From a virus (lineage: Duplodnaviria; Caudoviricetes): DNA of 64,000 nt. The notes under the pieces are model-generated. The model was given only the letters and a program-made list of their open reading frames with translations, was not told the origin of the DNA and did not search any database. This document shows, one piece after another, positions 62,750 to 64,000 of this stretch. Where the stretch lies: the IMG/VR virus record IMGVR_UViG_3300037761_000250, positions 1 to 64,000 of that record; one strand, given 5' to 3'. Within the stretch, counting starts at the first letter, position 1, and every line of letters begins with the position of its first letter. Made by a program: the position numbers and the translations under genes.

Positions 62750-63718
62750 ATGGCCATGTATTCTCCAAGTGGATCTGGGGAAGTCCATGTCGATCAGGTC
62801 TTAACCCAGATTAGTATTGGTTACAAAAACGAAGCGTTGGTTGGCGATCAACTTTTCAAGTCTGTACCTGTAAAGAAAAAGTCTGACAAATATTACGAGT
62901 TTGGTCGAGAAGGGTGGCTTCCGGAAGATGACCGGCGAGCGCCCGGAGCTGCGGCTCGGGAAATTGTCGGGGCCAAGGTTTCCACGCATACTTACTATGC
63001 TGAGGAGCACTCGCTTTCCATCGCAGTTACCGATGAGGAGCGAGAAAATGTCGATTCTCCGCTGGCTCCGGACCGGGATGCTTCCGAGTTGGTTACGGAT
63101 AAGGTTTTGCTGAGCCGCGAGCGTACCATTCAAGTTCTTGCGACCACGGCAGCAAATTATCATGCTGACAATACAGTTACGCTGACTCCAGCGACGGATA
63201 CTTGGGATGTATACGCTACCTCGGACCCGATTGGTGACCTGCGGACTGGAAAGTCTACGGTTCACTCTAAGATTTTCCGGGAGCCGACGCTAGGTTTGTT
63301 TCCATATCAGGTTATGACGAAGCTGGAAGACCACCCAGACTTCCTTGAGCGTATCAAGTATTCCGAGCGAGCAATTTTCTCACCTGATCTGTTGGCGGCC
63401 ATTATTGGCCTTGGAAAAATTCTTGTTCCGGGAACTGGAATTAACAACGCCCAGCTTGGCTTGCCCGATGACATTGGTTATCTGTGGGGAGTCGATGTTG
63501 TGCTGGCTTATGTTCCGCCTCGTCCGGGAATGAAAATTCCTTCTTATGGGTATGAATTTACTCAGGGTGGTCAAGTTGTTGATCGGTGGCGGGTTAATGA
63601 ACGGAAGTCTGATTTGGTTCGGGTTTCTCGGAACTATGATATTAAGATGACCGCAATTGATTCTAGTGGTGACCAGCTTGCAGGTTATCTGATTAAGACC
63701 GCTGTGGACGTGAGCTGA
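62750..63718 (+). CDS. Major capsid protein
   Basis: HVDQVLTQISIGY, V.V.KKSDKYY, RAPG; 322 aa after protease and decoration gene. Confidence 0.88.
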   Translation: MAMYSPSGSGEVHVDQVLTQISIGYKNEALVGDQLFKSVPVKKKSDKYYEFGREGWLPEDDRRAPGAAAREIVGAKVSTHTYYAEEHSLSIAVTDEERENVDSPLAPDRDASELVTDKVLLSRERTIQVLATTAANYHADNTVTLTPATDTWDVYATSDPIGDLRTGKSTVHSKIFREPTLGLFPYQVMTKLEDHPDFLERIKYSERAIFSPDLLAAIIGLGKILVPGTGINNAQLGLPDDIGYLWGVDVVLAYVPPRPGMKIPSYGYEFTQGGQVVDRWRVNERKSDLVRVSRNYDIKMTAIDSSGDQLAGYLIKTAVDVS

Positions 63719-63725
63719 TATTATT

Positions 63726-64000
63726 ATGGCAAAGAAAATTATGACGGTAACTCGGTTGAAGGTTAAGGGTGACTTGCTTTTTCCTAATACCGAATTAGAT
63801 GTTCAGAAGTATAAATTAACTCAAGACCAATTGATAAAACTACATAAAGCAGGATCTATTAAGGTAGTTGATACTTCCGAGCCGGTGGATCGACCAGAAC
63901 TTACCCCGGCTGATGTAGTAACTAAGTCTTCTACTGAGGAAAATAATGGCACGAGTGGAGATGGCACAGGTTCAGGGGTGGTTGGAACCAACCAAACTGA
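63726..64000 (+). CDS. Hypothetical protein after capsid (runs off window end)
   Basis: Open frame from ATG 63726 to the window edge. Confidence 0.55.
   Translation, partial: MAKKIMTVTRLKVKGDLLFPNTELDVQKYKLTQDQLIKLHKAGSIKVVDTSEPVDRPELTPADVVTKSSTEENNGTSGDGTGSGVVGTNQT

Noticed and set aside
1-64000. Prophage attachment site or host genes
   Set aside because: No integrase, att core duplication or host housekeeping genes were recognised; the whole window looks phage-derived.

Overview
Actinobacteriophage DNA throughout: WhiB and BldC-like regulators and an Ltp lipoprotein are present, and no host housekeeping genes or integrase were recognised. Layout: (i) 0.6-2.9 kb, small minus-strand genes; (ii) 3.2-10.7 kb, plus-strand TerS-like gene, intein-containing terminase large subunit and virion accessory genes, with a sharp GC drop near 8.95 kb; (iii) 10.7-35 kb, minus-strand replication/recombination arm (RuvC-like, UDG-PolA fusion, Dda/RecD-like helicase, PrimPol, SSB, AAA ATPase, Cas4-like nuclease, SNF2 helicase, BldC-like, WhiB); (iv) 34.9-39.3 kb, tRNA cluster (Lys, Glu, Gln, Leu, two CAT) interleaved with about 2 kb of highly structured non-coding sequence and a tRNA with a ~70-nt insertion; (v) 39-55 kb, small early-type genes, further tRNA-like elements and a repeat-rich putative origin beside a Rep-like Zn-finger gene; (vi) 55.6-64 kb, a second terminase, portal, protease/scaffold, decoration protein and major capsid. 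The most striking unexplained structure is two arrays (645-2926 and 52598-54937) in which each small gene or gene pair is enclosed by its own 25-33 bp inverted repeat, with most cassettes abutting at 1-5 nt gaps and arms showing compensatory changes. All calls are by eye from motifs; no database searches or folding programs were run.
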